A stretch of 64,000 bases of DNA from Glaucostegus cemiculus (GCA_976551045.1 CDPCPM010000149.1:496001-560000); one strand, 5' to 3'. Shown: positions 1 to 14,188, counted from the stretch's first letter. A program made the numbers and translations. The notes: generated from the sequence alone by a model not told the origin.

Positions 1-722
1 CGATAGGGTTGAGAGCTTCAAGTTCCTGGGCGTGAACATCATCAACAGCCTGTCCTGGTCAAATCATGTAGAAGCCGTGGTCAAGAAAACTCACCAGCGC
101 CTCTACTTCCTCAGGAGGCTAAAGAAATTTGCCATGTCCACTTTGACTCTCACCAACTTTTACAGCTGCACCATAAAAAGCATCCTATCTGAATGTATCA
201 CGGCTTGGTATGGCAACTGCTCTGCCTAGGACCACAAGAAACTGCAGAGTGTTGTGGACACAGCCCAGCGCATCACAGGCATCAACCTCCCCTCCTTGGA
301 CTCTGTATTTACCTCTCGCTGTCTTGGTGAAACAGCCAGAAAAATCAAAGACTCCACTCATCCAGGACATTCTCTCTTCTCTCCTCTTCCATTAGGTAGA
401 AGATACAGGAGCCTGAAGCCACGTACCACAAGACTTAAGGACAGCTTCTACCCCACTGTGCTAAGACTATTGAATGGATCCCTTATACAATGAGATGGAG
501 TATGACCTCATGATCTACCTTGTTGTGACCTTGCACCTTATTGCACTGCACTTTCTCTGTAGCTGTGACACTTTACTCTGTACTGTTATTGTTTTTACCT
601 GTACTACCTCAATGCACTCTGTGCTAACGCAGTGTAACTGCACTGTGTAATGAATTGACCTGTACGATTGGTCTGTAAGCTTTTCACTGTACCTCTATAC
701 AAGTGACAATAATAAACCAACA
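1..722 (+). mobile_element. Rex1/Babar-clade LINE 3' part (RT C-terminus plus 3' UTR), cut by window edge, inactivated
   Basis: Translates RVESFKFLGVNI..LSWSNH..VVKKTHQRLYFLRRLKKF...SILSECITAWYGNCSA*...HPGHSLFSPLPLGRRYRS..RTTRLKDSFYP; in-frame TAG at 227-229; 3' UTR ends gtgacaataataaacc. Confidence 0.9.
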
Positions 723-929
723 CAAGAGTTTCTCTCTAGACTTGCACACCAGCTGACTGATATTGAAGGGAGTGAAATCACTAGCAAACAGACCAGGCAT
801 GCTGCACCTGCAAAGTGATGTGCATGTCTTTAGTAATGTGCTTCAACATGGGGAAGTCTGTAATCATCATGAAACCACATGTATATTCCACCTGCTTCTT
901 TCAGGCAGGAAGGAATCAGATCAGAAAAA

Positions 930-2075
930 AAACAGAAACTTAGAGAAATATGAACTAAGGAGATTTGTAAGAGACAGATTGTGTCTGATTAACCCAAATG
1001 ATTTTTTTTAAATGAAGTCAAGAAAAATTTGACATGTGGATTTTGAGAAAGTATTAGACAACATACCACAGAAAAAAAAGACTTAACAAAATTGAGGCCT
1101 GCTGACAGCTTGGATAGATAATCCAAAAATCAATGAGCTGTGGAAATGGTTGTTTATAGACTGGAGGATAGCAGGCAGTACTGATTCCCAAGGATTAGTG
1201 CTGGAACAACTGTTGATGTACATCTATAAATATAAATTACTTGGAATACAATAAAATTTCAAAATTTGACTGTGATGTCAAACTTAAAGCTGCAGCAAAC
1301 TCTGATGTTGATACAAATTATTTGCAACAGGACATGGATACTAAAGCAGAATAGACAGACAACTAGCTGATGTAATTTAATAGATAGTGGTGCAAGATAA
1401 TGCATTTTGGCACTAGGAACAGGGAAAGGCAATTTAGACTCAATGCTACATTTCTAAAGCATGTGCAGGAATACAGGGACACACGCATTGACCTCCGAAA
1501 GTTCCAGGCCTTTGAGAGAATAGTTAGCAAGGTAAATGGAATCTAGAGCTTTACATTAGAGGTTCTTAGTAAAAATAAAGGAAAGCTAATATCAACCAAT
1601 TATAAAGCATTGGTTAGACCATAACTTAAGTAATACATACAGTTATGATCACCCCACTTTAGGAAGAATGTGAAAAGCAGAAGACATACTAGAATAGGTT
1701 TTCAAATGAGGGATTATAGCTAGAAATTTGTAGAATCTGAGATTGATTTCCTTGCAATAATGGATGTTACAGATAGATTTAATGGAGGTGTTGAAATTAT
1801 GACAAAGGAGAGCTTTGCTCGTTAGCTGACATACAGGAACTAGGGGGCAAAGATTCAAGGTTTGGGGCAAAGGATAAAGAGGGGACTTTTTATGTGCAGT
1901 GAGCAAACTGAAATTCACTGCCTTTGAGGGTGATTTCACAAGAAAAATTCGATGGGAACGTGAGACAAATAAACATGCAGGATTACAGGGATAGACCTTG
2001 GGAATATAACAGACTAGATTGGTCAACAAGGAGTCAGTGTAAACTCACTGGGCTTCTTCTATGCCATATTGATGC
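930..2075 (+). mobile_element. Old degraded CR1-type LINE (ORF2 RT region to 3' end)
   Basis: Broken motifs DFEKVLD (DFxKAFD), xQGLVL (PQGSVLGP), LQQDMD, MHFG, YKALVRP in correct order with many stops and frameshifts. Confidence 0.75.
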
Positions 2076-4711
2076 ATTTAAATGCAGTCAGGCATTTTTG
2101 AATAGAGAGCATCAATCACCTCTTTTATGCAGAGTGGGTGGCAAACACAGGTGTCACAAACAGTTCCATGTCTAACCTGGAAGGGATCAACGTGAAGCAA
2201 AGTAAAGATCACAGCCGCCTTGACATCCACTGGCAATGAGATCCTCAAAGTCCAAGACTGCAGCAGCAAGTAGATTTCAGAAGGGGTATCCTTACTGAAG
2301 TACAGATATCTTGCATGCTGTTTCTCACTGAAATTCAGATTGGACCATTGCTTCCCAATTATTCTGGGCAGGTATGGCCAGATAAGATACGTTTCTTCCC
2401 TTCTCCCTTTCCAAGCACTGCTTTGCATGACTTCCATTCATTTGCCCAGCCTTGCTACATTCTAAAGGGAATATCTACTAATTCACTCACATCTGGGAAC
2501 AACTAATTTATGTAAAAGTGTTGAGGTCAGGCCAAGATCCTTTACTGCTGAGCTCAATGCTCTCTATAAACTTCAGCTTTTAATAAATTTTAAAAAGCTT
2601 GGAACACCATTATAACTGAAGTTATGGACATTTAGCAACGAACCTGAAAAGACCTTTCCTGTTGCTGGAGGCACACTTAATTGTATGATCCATAGGAGGC
2701 TTTAGTTGGAGTGTTCAGTTCCAAAACACAAACACTGCCATCAAATTAACAGTGTTTGCTGATTGATATCTTGGTCTGCCTAGCCTGTGTACATATGGCA
2801 TGGTTTGCACCACAAAAGTATGTGTGTGCTTCATATGCCATTTTGGAATCAACAAGGCATCAGTGGCACCCAAAAAGCATGTGCTATAGAAACAGAATTT
2901 TGTGCTGCAAATGTCAACCAAAAACTGGATCCACAAGAATATCTCACATAATTGCAAAATTTGTTGAATATAATCACTACTGGAGTCCATCCATGAAAAC
3001 AAAACGGCCAACTTAGTAGAAATGCTGCTGCATTCAGAGGCATACTCAATAAGCATCACTATATTCAGAAAATGAAGAAATATAAAATCCTACATCAAAA
3101 TTACTGGGCATTTCCAGTCACCCATTTAGTAAGCTTGTACAAAATAGAACAACTTTCCTGAAGTCTCTCAAGGTAAGTATTTTTGAATAATTGTGACAGT
3201 AGTTTAAAAAAAAAGCTTGTGTAGCACACCTAGATAACTTTGAATGACTGAAAAACACCAATTTGCATTTTAGATCGTTTACTTGCTTTGTTCCAGGAGT
3301 AACTTTAAAAATTCACTTGAATCTATTAGATGTTTTATGTATTTGTATAGGCACTGTTCCATAAAGCAAAATCTTTTTTTGACACATAATCCATACTGTA
3401 AAGTTCTATTTAATATTGGGCTTGCTATTCAGAAATGTGTCATGCAGTGCTAACAGATACGTGATAATTCATATTTCATTTTATTTTGATTATAGTCAAT
3501 TAACATGGTCCTAGGCTGTAAATTTGCTATCAACATCCTTGGGGGATAAACAAACAAATGGCACTCCTATCACTCGATGATGCTCACAAAACATGATGCC
3601 TCATTCAGCCCATGTTGGAATGCCTGCTTGAAAATTCATACTTTGATGCCAATTTGCAACTCAAACCATCCTGGTATGAACAAATTGCCATTTTAATGTA
3701 ACCAGGTTACCAGAAATTTCCTTGGATTGCTTATCATCGGGGTAATTTTTCTGACATAATCATGTATTTGAGTGTTGAGGTTTACTATTTTTCTCCTTAA
3801 AGATCAATGATATACAGTTAATTACTGTTATCTATTTGCCCTTTAAATCAATCTTAATATTTGTACTGCCAACAACACAATATTTGTTTTGCACAGTCCT
3901 GTATCTTTAACAACCTTCAAAACTACTTTTCTTTCCAAAATGGGCAACAGAGGGTACAGCACAAAGGAATATTACAAACTTATTTATAGCAAGTCATACT
4001 TTACTATATCAGCTGTATCTAGTGTAAATATACTATTCATATTGCCATAACTCAACCTTGTACAAGTAGAAAATCCAAAATAATGAGAACTGAATTATTA
4101 GGTTTCAAGTATGCACTCACAATTATTTTCATTAACAGTACACATTGAATTTCTCAAATTTTATCTATCATTGACTAGAAATTCAGTCTTGAAACTCCAT
4201 GCAGCTTTTATGCCAATGTCAACTTTACAAAGACACTACAAAAAAAAACAATGTTTTTCTGAATATGTACTTGTCATATTGGATCTCCAGAGCAGACACA
4301 CTCAAGTTGATCAAACAGAAATTCAGGTAAACTCCCTTAATGCCATAGGATCCTCTGTTTGATTTTTTTCAATAAACTGCAAGATTTTCTGCATGAAATG
4401 GTTCAGAAGATAAACATCTGGCATCAGCTGTGGCCTTCAGGAGAGCAACCTCAGTGAACCGTCTTTTCTCATAGCTCACTGAACAGTGATACCAGTGCTA
4501 TCTTGGCTTAGAAGTAAAAGGCACACAGCATTCTGAGAGAGGAACACCTGTTTAATTCTGTGCACTCTGCTTTCACCCATTCATTTCATCTTACTTTGAG
4601 TTAATTTATAGGCAAGAAATCACAGTTACAGAAGCATAGAGGAAACAAGATCATAGTCTAATTTTGGGGGAGGGGTTCCAATTTTGAACTTACTGAGTTA
4701 AAGACTTGGTA

Positions 4712-4750
4712 AACGGCCTACTTCTGCTCCCTTGTCTTGTGATCTTGTAA
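4712..4750 (+). mobile_element. CR1/HER1 LINE extreme 3' tail fragment
   Basis: ggcctacttctgctcccttgtcttgtgatcttg resembles the CR1 tails at 17053 and 53710. Confidence 0.5.
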
Positions 4751-5599
4751 ATGACTGAGTTATTACATAACATTAATTAACTTAGCTTTTGCCTATCTCA
4801 CATCATCTCTACAGCTTCCTCTGTATTGTACTCCTGGCTGAAGGACCAGTGGCAGATACAAAGCTAGATTTATTAAAATTGTGTCCAGGAAGATCCATTA
4901 AAATTATGGTACCTTTTTGGCATTCATTAATTCAACATGCAGCATTTTCTCATGAGTCAGTGGTGGTCCAGAGTATCTGAAGTCCAAGGAATTATCTGAA
5001 GTTTATTCTGATATCAACAGTCTGTACCTTATCTCTCAGAGGCAATGGCCAGTCATGGGATCACAACTACAGCTGATGCCATTATAATCAGACATTTCCT
5101 GCAGCATCTGACCCATCAATCCACCTCAAGCTGCTGAAAAAGACAAGTATACAGAAGTTATTGTGCAAGGGCTGGTATATGTGACATGGGACCCAACAAC
5201 TGTTGCACTGTCTAGCAGAATGCTACATGACAGCTTGCTGTGCAATGAATACAGAATCAAACCAGGCATTCAGGTTGTTTATCATCAAGACCATCCAACA
5301 CCGATTGAGGACTAATGACTTCACTTTGCTGTGATGGCCTCGCAGTTGTTTCATGCAACTTTAAGTTAGCTAATCAGTTGTCACCGTCAGTAAGACCTAG
5401 TTACAGGACAACAGTACTGTTCTCTAGAGCTCCCCACCCAAAGACCAAGGCTATGTCATAGCCACCTTCTCCAAGGGTCTCATTCAGCTAGTAGTTTCTC
5501 ATCATTCAGCAGTCCAGGATGCCAAAAAGTCCTCGATGGAACCTGGATCAATGGCAGCAGAGAGGGGTCACGGAACAAAGGGCAAGACTTTCCAATTCC

Positions 5600-5920
5600 C
5601 AATAGCGTGATACAAAACAGGCAAGGTTGTGAGATAGAGGAGAACATAAAGAGGCTTCAAGGTGATATAGAGAAGCTGAGTTAATGGGCAAGAACATAGC
5701 AAATGCAATATAATATACACTTTGGTTCACAACAGTGCTATTTTATTAAATTGGCAATTTTTTGTGCAAAAATTATGCTCTAAAAGGAACTTAAGTGTCC
5801 TTGTACACAAGTCACTGAAAGCCAATATGTGGATGCAGATTAGGAAGGTAAATTACTACAATTACATAAATCCTTGGTAATATTGCACCTGAAGTATTTT
5901 GAACAACTTTGATCTCCTCT
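5600..5920 (+). mobile_element. Degraded CR1 ORF2 fragment
   Basis: LQGDIEKLS-W...QMQYN..HFG, LSVLVHKSLKA, YKSLV.LHLKY remnants. Confidence 0.65.
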
Positions 5921-5959
5921 GATCTCTTTTTACAGAAATGGTAATCGTGCTGCTATTGC

Positions 5960-6170
5960 AGTTAGGCTGAGTCAACGGTCACCCCAACATGCTGATGGCG
6001 GGGATATCAAGGGCGGAAGAGTGGTTACCCTTTCTTATTGAAGATGGTCACATCTGTCTTTTTCCAGGGGTGAACACAACTCTCCATTTATTAGCAAATG
6101 TCTTAATCTTGTCCAGGTGCTGCATGGTGGGGCCATGGATGTCTTTGCTATTAAAAAACTGTTTCATTGT
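5960..6170 (-). mobile_element. Degraded fragment of the CR1/L2-group LINE also seen at 51975
   Basis: Minus strand retains MQ.LD.I and ILGVT-like RT motifs. Confidence 0.45.
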
Positions 6171-6256
6171 AAGTTACTCCCTAATAATACTATCTGTAAA
6201 TCTCTAGCAGTACAGAGAGGTTGCTAGAAAACACTATTAGGTGTGACACTTGCTCC

Positions 6257-6446
6257 ACAGCTTCTTCCCGTCCGCCATCAGACTTCTGAACGATCCATGA
6301 ACCCATGAACACTACCTCATTATTCCTTTTTATTTGCACTATTTATTTTGTAATTTATAGTAATTTTATGTCTTCACACTGTACTGATTCCACAAAACAA
6401 CAAATTTTACCTTACAAGTCAGTGATAATAAACCTGATTCTGATTC
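6257..6446 (+). mobile_element. Rex1/Babar LINE 3' end (second subfamily)
   Basis: SFFPSAIRLLN, then a UTR ending (tgattc)2; homologous to 34460-34630. Confidence 0.85.
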
Positions 6447-7038
6447 ACACTATACTGCACACACTCCTGAGTAGTTCAATCAGCAGGAGCATTGCTTATT
6501 GAAGCTAATTATTTGCTCAATGACATTAAGAGTAACAACAGAGCTCCATTGTTTCTAATTTAGTGACTAAAAACAAAATGAGCACAACATTATAAACGTA
6601 TAATGGCTGCATTCTGATCACTGGTTTTAGACTGATGAGCATCCATAACATATTTTAGAGAAGAGCACCTGTAGCACTGAGTGAGTGCTATCCCAAAGGA
6701 TTATAAAACTACTCAAAGTTTTGGTGTGGAACCCTTGATGCCACCTGGGTATGGCCAGACAAGTATCAGTCGCACTGCTGAAAATCCTTCAACCCTGGCA
6801 AAGTGCCATGCTTACTAACTCTCTACCAAAGGAGGAGATTAAATGATTCCCGTTGAGTGGCCACCAGCCTCCATTATGCAGATGCACATTTTCAGCACAT
6901 CCCTAAAAAGAACCAGAGGCATAGAAATTCAGTGCATCTATTATTTTGGAAGGGCTGTTTGGCCCTGATATTGAAGAGGAGTTTCCTTAGGCACTGTTAC
7001 ATCCCAATTCAGTAATTGCACAAGCATCAACATCGATA

Positions 7039-7249
7039 CTTGTTGTGACCTTGCACCTTATTGCACTGCACTCAGTAGTTGTGACACTTTACTCTGTACT
7101 GTTATTATTTTTACCTGTACTACATCAATGCAGTCTGCACTGACTCAACGTAATTGCACTGTGTAATGAATTGACGTGTACTATCAGTATGCAAGACAAG
7201 TTTTTCACTGTACCTCAGTACAAGTGACAATAATACACCAATACCAATA
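7039..7249 (+). mobile_element. Rex1/Babar LINE 3' UTR fragment
   Basis: Near-identical to 519-722 (cttgttgtgaccttgcaccttattgcactgcac...gtgacaataat). Confidence 0.9.
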
Positions 7250-8241
7250 GCCCTATTGCACCAGGTGCAAGTGACACACTTACTACCGCAATGAATGATT
7301 TGCCAGTTAGCAGGAGTTAAAAATGGACTGATGTGCTTAACCTACAAAATTAGTGTATAGCCTTGTAGCTCAATTTCAGGGTTTAACCCTCTGAAATGTT
7401 TCAATGAATTCAAGTGTTTAGGAATTACTGGCTTTGTGAATCATCAATAGCATATTTACTTTCATGGTAAAATGTAAATAGGCTCTTTAAATAGTTAATT
7501 TTTGAGCAAAGTAGAATACATAAGAAATGGATTTTCACTACCACAGCTAAATATGACATTGCAACTGCATTATTTTTCATTTCAGGAATATTCAATATAT
7601 TAACTTAGTTTCTATAAAGAAGGAAAAACAGCACATCCCTGAAGATATTAAATCTCTTAGGGTAAATTGTTTCCAGAGGCCAGTTGCATCTTCCTCACAC
7701 ATGTGCAAGGATCAGAATGGTAGATAAAGGGTACTTTGAAAAAACAATAATTTGCTTTGATTTTCTAATTCATCTGATGTATCAACATCTGGATTAAAAA
7801 TATCCTGCTGATGAAAACCACGAGGGGCATTACGGTTGGCAATCTAGTAGATATTCTGTTTGGTCAAAACTAGATAGACAAATAATTTTTTCCATATGGG
7901 AACAAATCAAAAATCAGACAAGGAAATGGAAGTAATATCTTACTTATGGCACTGAATGTTTCTCTTTGGGTACCTGCTGCTAATATAAACAAGCCCAACA
8001 GTAATTAGGAGATAGATTAGCATGCAAGCTGTGCTATCGTGGGGGACATCATTGAGATTTAAAGTCTTAGATTTGATAAAATGTCAATCCTATTACTAAC
8101 TGAAGAATATGTCAGCTTTTCAGTGAGTTTCCAGAAATGGAGAGAAGGAAGATTATATAATCATTTTATTTTTCATTTGTGACAATGAAGTACCAGGGGT
8201 ATACTTCATTTTTCAATATCTTGTTTACACATTAGGTATCG

Positions 8242-8590
8242 ACTCAGCTGACTAGTAGCACTGTCATGGAGATTCAGAATACAAGGTTAAAATAAAGCTT
8301 TAAAGGTTTAAGTACATAATCTATATTGACCCTTCAGTGCCATACCAAGGGAGTAATGCACCATCATGTTCCGTCTTTCTAATGAAGCATTAAATTGATG
8401 TTTGTATTCCAGGTAAATCTAGAATATTACCAGTCCTTATCCAAACTACATCATATGGTCATTTATCTGATTTTCGTTTGCAGCATCTCTCTGTAGGCTA
8501 ATTAGCTACCACATTTCCTTACATAATGGGTTGTGAAGTACTTTGAGAAGTCATGATGTGCTGAGAAGTACTTTCATAGAATCATGCTAT
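8242..8590 (+). mobile_element. Ancient DeuSINE (SacSINE1-like), degraded
   Basis: tRNA-like head, cttcagtgc..agggagt..tgcac Deu-like core, tail ttgtgaagtactttgaga; reverse complement resembles 58150-58550. Confidence 0.55.
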
Positions 8591-8977
8591 TTGTTTCTTT
8601 GAATAGTTGAATCATCATGTGCCTACATAAACAGTGCAAACTGCATTCACCCTGAATAAAGCTAATCATACTTTGTAAGTTAAAACTTATAACATGAAAC
8701 CCATTCCATTTAAGCAGTATATTAGATTCATCTTATTTTGTACAATTTCTTTGTACTTTAATAAACAAAAATAATGAAATGCAAAAACAAATTTTGTAGT
8801 ATGTGGTACCTTATTCATGTAGTGATTTTTCTTAGATATATGTATTCCAATATATTGAAGTCATTTATAGGAGCAATATAAATTAATATTACTGTATTAA
8901 TGTGGCAAATAATTCATTGGACACTACTGTTGCAAATTAAAGTCAATATGGATACTAATAGAATATAGAATAAATAT

Positions 8978-9280
8978 GGGATAGGCACAGTAGTGTAGCA
9001 GTTAGCATAACACTATTACAGCACTAGCAACCCGGGACCAATTCTAGCTGCTGTCTGTAAGGAGTTTGTACGTTGTCTACGGGACTGCATAGGTTTCCTC
9101 TAGGTGCTCTGGTTTCCTCCCACATTCCAAAGATGTACAGGTTAGGAAGCTGTGGGTAGGATACATTGGCGCCAGAAGCGTGGTGATACTTGTGGGCTGC
9201 CCCCAGAACACTCTACACGGAAGATGCATTTCACTGTATTTCGATGTACTTCTAACAAATAAAGATATTTTATCTTATCT
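8978..9280 (+). mobile_element. tRNA-derived V-SINE (HE1-like), tail type A
   Basis: Degenerate A/B boxes, V-domain ggagtttgtacgtt...ggtttcctc..ggtgctctggtttcctcccacattccaaag, tail gcatttcactgt...aataaagatat.ttatct. Confidence 0.9.
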
Positions 9281-9925
9281 AAAATGTTACCCAAAGTATC
9301 TTTGAGTTTATTACTCCGCTAATAAATCGCATAGAATAATAGTTTTTTGGTAAATGAGAAGGTAGAAATTGAAGATCTTGTTGTAGAAATATCCATTTAT
9401 GCCATTTTTTGTTAAAGGAAAAGGTTACCCACTTACCAAGGCTGAAATTGTATGCCTTGCTAATGGATTTATGCAATCCCAGGTCTATTTGCCTCAGACC
9501 ACATGAATGAACTCATATACATGATTCATTAAGATGCTTGATGCTGGGAGATGTAGCCAATCTAGCTTAAGTTACATATGAATCAGGAAGTGGATGTATT
9601 TGAGAGTTGTTTCATGTTGGGTTCAAATATTTGCTACTCAAACTCTAACCAGAATGCTGAAGTTAAAATGTGAATAAAAGAACCATTCAGATTTGTAACT
9701 TTTGATCACAGTTAAAGGAAAAACAACTTCAAGTGAGTAGATTTAAAATCATATGTGAATACCCAAAACTTGCTATCTGAATTGGGCTGCTTCAGTGCTG
9801 GCATTCTGAAAGATGAATTTCTGTTTTCTATACCATTATATGTACTGAATATAATGGAACTGCTCCACTAATGAAGTATGTACAAACCAAGCACATCAAT
9901 AGGCTGGTCTAATAATTAGTAGTGT

Positions 9926-10029
9926 AAGACGATGTACGGGTAGGTTAATTTGGGGGGTCTAAAATGGGCGGCGTGGACTCATTGGGCCGAAAGGGCCTGT
10001 TACGACGCTGTAAATAAATAAATAAATAA
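9926..10029 (+). mobile_element. 5'-truncated V-SINE, tail type B with (taaa)n
   Basis: Matches the 3' half of 21741-21981 (gtacgggtaggttaatttgggg...ggactcattgggccgaaagggcctgtt). Confidence 0.85.
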
Positions 10030-12929
10030 GACTGTCAAACAGAAAATTTTCATTAGTGGTTGTCTAACAAACAAATTGACACAAAAATTAACTATCATAA
10101 ATGTGGAATCTCATTACTTCAAGTTCTGAAATTTTTGTGGGAGGTTTTAAATATTTTATAAATGCTTTTCTTGCACTGCTTTTCTCTGTTATTTCCTTCT
10201 ATTATTCTAACCTCGTGGTCCTCCTGTTTATTTCTCCGAGTTGACATTGGCCCAAATCTTCTGCTGTCAGACAAGGTGCCCATGCCTGTCAGATATTTGC
10301 CCTTCGATCCAGCAATTACTTGAATTGGATCATTGGACATCATCTTCTGCTGTGTGGCCAGCTCCTGGTTAATTAGTGAGTTCCAGACCTACACAGGGTC
10401 CCTCCCCACCCCCAATTGAAACTGACAAGCCCCACCCAAAAAATGTGTGACAACTGGTTAAGCCCTTCAACGCAGACTCAATGTCTGCAAACATCCAACA
10501 TTCAAAAGACTTAATTACAAATATTTCAAATAGTTATAAAATTATTAAAACACTTATAATGCCAAGGAATAACTAAAAAACAATTTTAAAACTGTACTAC
10601 ACTGTGCTCTCCAAATGATACACTCCATTAGTTTTAACGGGCCTATTGGTTAGCAAGTAGATTTTCCAGCCTATTGCCTACACATTCCCACTGGATTCCA
10701 TGAGGGGTCCTTTGTTAGGACCAAGATGTTTCAACAATACTATCAGCTTTTAAGATGATCCAGGTGAATCAATTCACCCCCTTCAAAACTCAGCCAACTT
10801 CTGTTGATTTCCGAAACTTTGTATTGTATTGCATTCCTGTCCCCCTGTTATTGACCAATATCAAATTGCACCTTCAGCAAATGTGGGCAAAAATTACTTG
10901 AGCTGAATGCTGCAGGGGGCAATCTAAATAACAGCAGATACCGTTGGGTGTTCTGCAGCAAAGTCAGACCCATTATCACAGTTTTTCTTCCCTCACAAAC
11001 TTTATTAAAGTTCAATATTAGTCTAAGTTGTTCTATGACCACTCTGTAGTTTACCATATAACATTTTATGAGAACTCCAACTATGTTTAACAATTCACTT
11101 TTATTAAAACTCAATGAAATTGTGCAATGTGTGTTTGTAGAACACCATGGCAAGCCCCAGAAACTGAATCATTTTTAGGAGTGTAAATATGCTAAAGGTG
11201 CAAATTTAGCATTTGCATACATACAAGTTTATATTTTCAATTAAAGCTTAAAGTAAAACAGAATAATCTATTTTGCAAACAGTAAAGCAAATATAATGCT
11301 ACAAAATATTTAATTTGATATTTCCATCTGTAGATATCAGATATTCATTAGTAACATCAGTATCTTACTGTTGCATAATATCTCAAGTTAATGGGATATG
11401 ACGCATTTTATTTGTTCTAACCAAAAACATGCAACACTGAGTCCAAAAGAATCTCTAAACAAACCTCCTTCTCTTCCAAGCTCAATATTTAACCCTAGAT
11501 TATCATAACCATACAAGTTAACACTATATTGTTCCATGGAAAAATATCCCTCACTTTTGAGCAAGGGTATAAGAACTTGTATTACTCTAGAGGAACAGCA
11601 ATCATTTTATTTTTAATTAACTTCAAATAATGATATGCTCTATTAGTTTCCAAGATAACTATAACAATACAGACATAAAATAACAGATCAGACATAGAAA
11701 AACAGATTGTTTTAGAAGCTCACCAATACCATGTTTGTTCTTTAAGTGTTCAATGGTAACTGAAATTGTAATATTGTGGGGAAGCCCTGAAGTGCATGCA
11801 TGCCTTTTTGTAAATGTTGACAATTGGCATCCAGGACCAGTGGAAGAACCTACCAGCTCACTAGTTTAATTGAGATTAAGGGCCCAACAGTGAATTAGCT
11901 TTGGGTCTCAGCTCAGCGGTAACTCCATAATCTCAAATTTTGCCAAGCAGCCCAATGTTATTCAAAATTATCCCCATTATTTTCTGATTAGGGCAATGGA
12001 AAGAGTATCATTTTCATAACCTTCTCTGGATGGCTCTTCTACTGTTACTTTGCTATGTGCTGACAGCTGCAAGCTTCAAAAAGCAGGGCAGAAGGGATGC
12101 ATATCAATCTGACAGGGATAGTAGCAGCTGAAAATTGTGTTCAATGTTTCCATGCACTGAGCTTTTTATACCCAAGGACAAACAAAAAGACTTATTTTCT
12201 TTTCAAATAAACTGTCAGGTTCAAATTTTAATCTTTAAAATATATCACTTTATAGCAATTATTTATTAATGTAATATCTTCAACCACAATCAAATATTTA
12301 AACATAAAATATAAAAAGGTGGTTTATTAAGAGAATGCTTTGTATGAAATGATATCAACTGATGCTTAACAGCTGTATGCTTTGTTTATGTAGCTGTTAA
12401 GTTTTATCTGTGTAGTTATGTTCCTTTAGGTTAAAATATTTCAATAGGCGATAACCTTCTGCATCCCTCCCCACCCTGCCCCCAGGATATGTACTGTTAA
12501 ATTTGTTGGATATTGTGCAAAGAACCTTTTCATTTCATACAAAAGTAATGTCAATATTGTTTCACTGGCACAAGTGCCAGAGAACAGCATTCTTGTCTGC
12601 TGCTGTTTTGTAAATATTTTGATAACTCCTATCAAGGAACATACTAAATGAAACATACAATTAGTACAGGTCTTTATTGCCAATCAATACATAGTAGCCC
12701 AGAAATAAAATTATTAAACAATGTTCACTTTAACACCATATGACTGAGAATGTATTCACAAAAGAGTGAAATATGATTAACAAATATTCCAGGTTGTTTT
12801 GCACCACTCTGGAATTCTAACCATCAGGAATTGTGTTTGACTGATGAAATTTCTGGATCACAGTGGGACAAGTAGAACTTCACAGTACAGCAGTGTGTCA
12901 GAGCAAGGCAAATTCCACAACTACCTTTC

Positions 12930-13306
12930 TACTTCTTTCCGCATAGCTTCTTTCCGCAAGCCATCAGAACTGCAAACTCTCTCATCCCTCCATCTTCCTT
13001 GTTAACACTAAGAGATGCTAGGTGCACAGAAATGCACCAGCACTTTAAATGCCCACCACCAGCCCGTTCACTTTAATAACTATTTATTTATTTACCGGCC
13101 ATTTTTAATTTAATCTGTGTATTAATTTAATTTTAACTTCCGTAGTTTTTAATGTTTAATATTTTTTAATGTTTATTCTGTTAAGTGTGTCTGTGTCTCT
13201 CTGTTGGTTGTTATTTAATGGAACGAGCACCTGAGGAGGACGGTATCTCGCTCCTATGCATACCATGTATGTATATGGTTGTGACAATAAAACTGATTCT
13301 GATTCT
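12930..13306 (+). mobile_element. Rex1/Babar-like LINE 3' end (third subfamily)
   Basis: SFFPQAIRTAN, AT-rich UTR, tail gtgacaataaaactgattctgattct. Confidence 0.7.
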
Positions 13307-13659
13307 ACTTCTTAGCCAAACTACTACCTCCTCTCCTTCCCAAATCTTCCAATGTGCCAACAGTCTCCAATTTAGGACAGTTCCGATACTCCATATCCCA
13401 ATCATCCCAGGCCTTAACCAATAGGTGAGTGCTGCTGGGGATTAAGTAATCCTCTGATCTAATCCCACAACCCTCCAATCAAACGGACAATTCACCATTC
13501 ATCTTCAAAGATGCCTTGATCTCCAATCCTACCAAATCATAGAGCCGAGTGCCACCCATGTCATTACAACATAAAAGGCCTATGCAGGCTTGCAGAGCCA
13601 TCTCATTCACACATTGACTTTCACTAAAACCTCTTCTCTCTACATTCCCATCACACCAT

Positions 13660-13870
13660 CCTAGATTCTACTGCTCAACCACAAACTGGAACAATTTATG
13701 GCAGCTAATTAATCTGCCAGCCTGCATGCCATTGACATGCAGGAGGAAACCAGAGCATCCTGGGAAACTCAAGCAGTCGCAAGAAGAAATAACTAAGCTC
13801 CACACAGACGGCACTCAAGATGGGAATTGAACCCTGGTTGCAAGAAGTAGCAACTCTACTAGCTGCTGCA
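13660..13870 (-). mobile_element. Older V-SINE
   Basis: ggaggaaaccagagcatcctgggaaactc (V-domain, reverse complement) and B-box ggaattgaaccc. Confidence 0.7.
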
Positions 13871-14188
13871 GCTCCTCCACCTCTACAATGCCACCTCTGA
13901 CAACTGATAAACCCAGCAACTAACTGGATCACAGCTCCTTTACATTTGTCTCTGCCCCATCCACTCACCAACTCTATTCTAATTGGGCCTATTTCCTTCT
14001 GACCTCAGTTCTGGTTGTTTGTGATTAGTTGTTCAGGCACTAAGATCGCCTGCTGTGGCAGACCCATGACCAAAATGGTCATTGGTGTGCCATTGCTATG
14101 ATTATTAATGCACACTTTAGGATGATCTGGAATTTCCCATTATATACAATAGCTAAATGAAAACACAGCTGTGAGCCACAACACTTAT

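Noticed and set aside
32-493. ORFs resembling ALKBH8-like/DUF1891 proteins
   Set aside because: They are the C-terminus of a Rex1/Babar reverse transcriptase, broken by a stop codon and repeated elsewhere in the window
3085-3178. Strong + strand donor AAG|GTAAGT with a short open frame
   Set aside because: Peptide is unrecognisable, acceptor is poor and there are no partner exons
9437-9656. Minus-strand acceptor/donor pair (220 nt)
   Set aside because: No recognisable coding frame; such pseudo-exons are expected by chance in 64 kb
13969-14152. Minus-strand acceptor/donor pair (184 nt)
   Set aside because: Stops in all frames, sits between two SINEs, no other support
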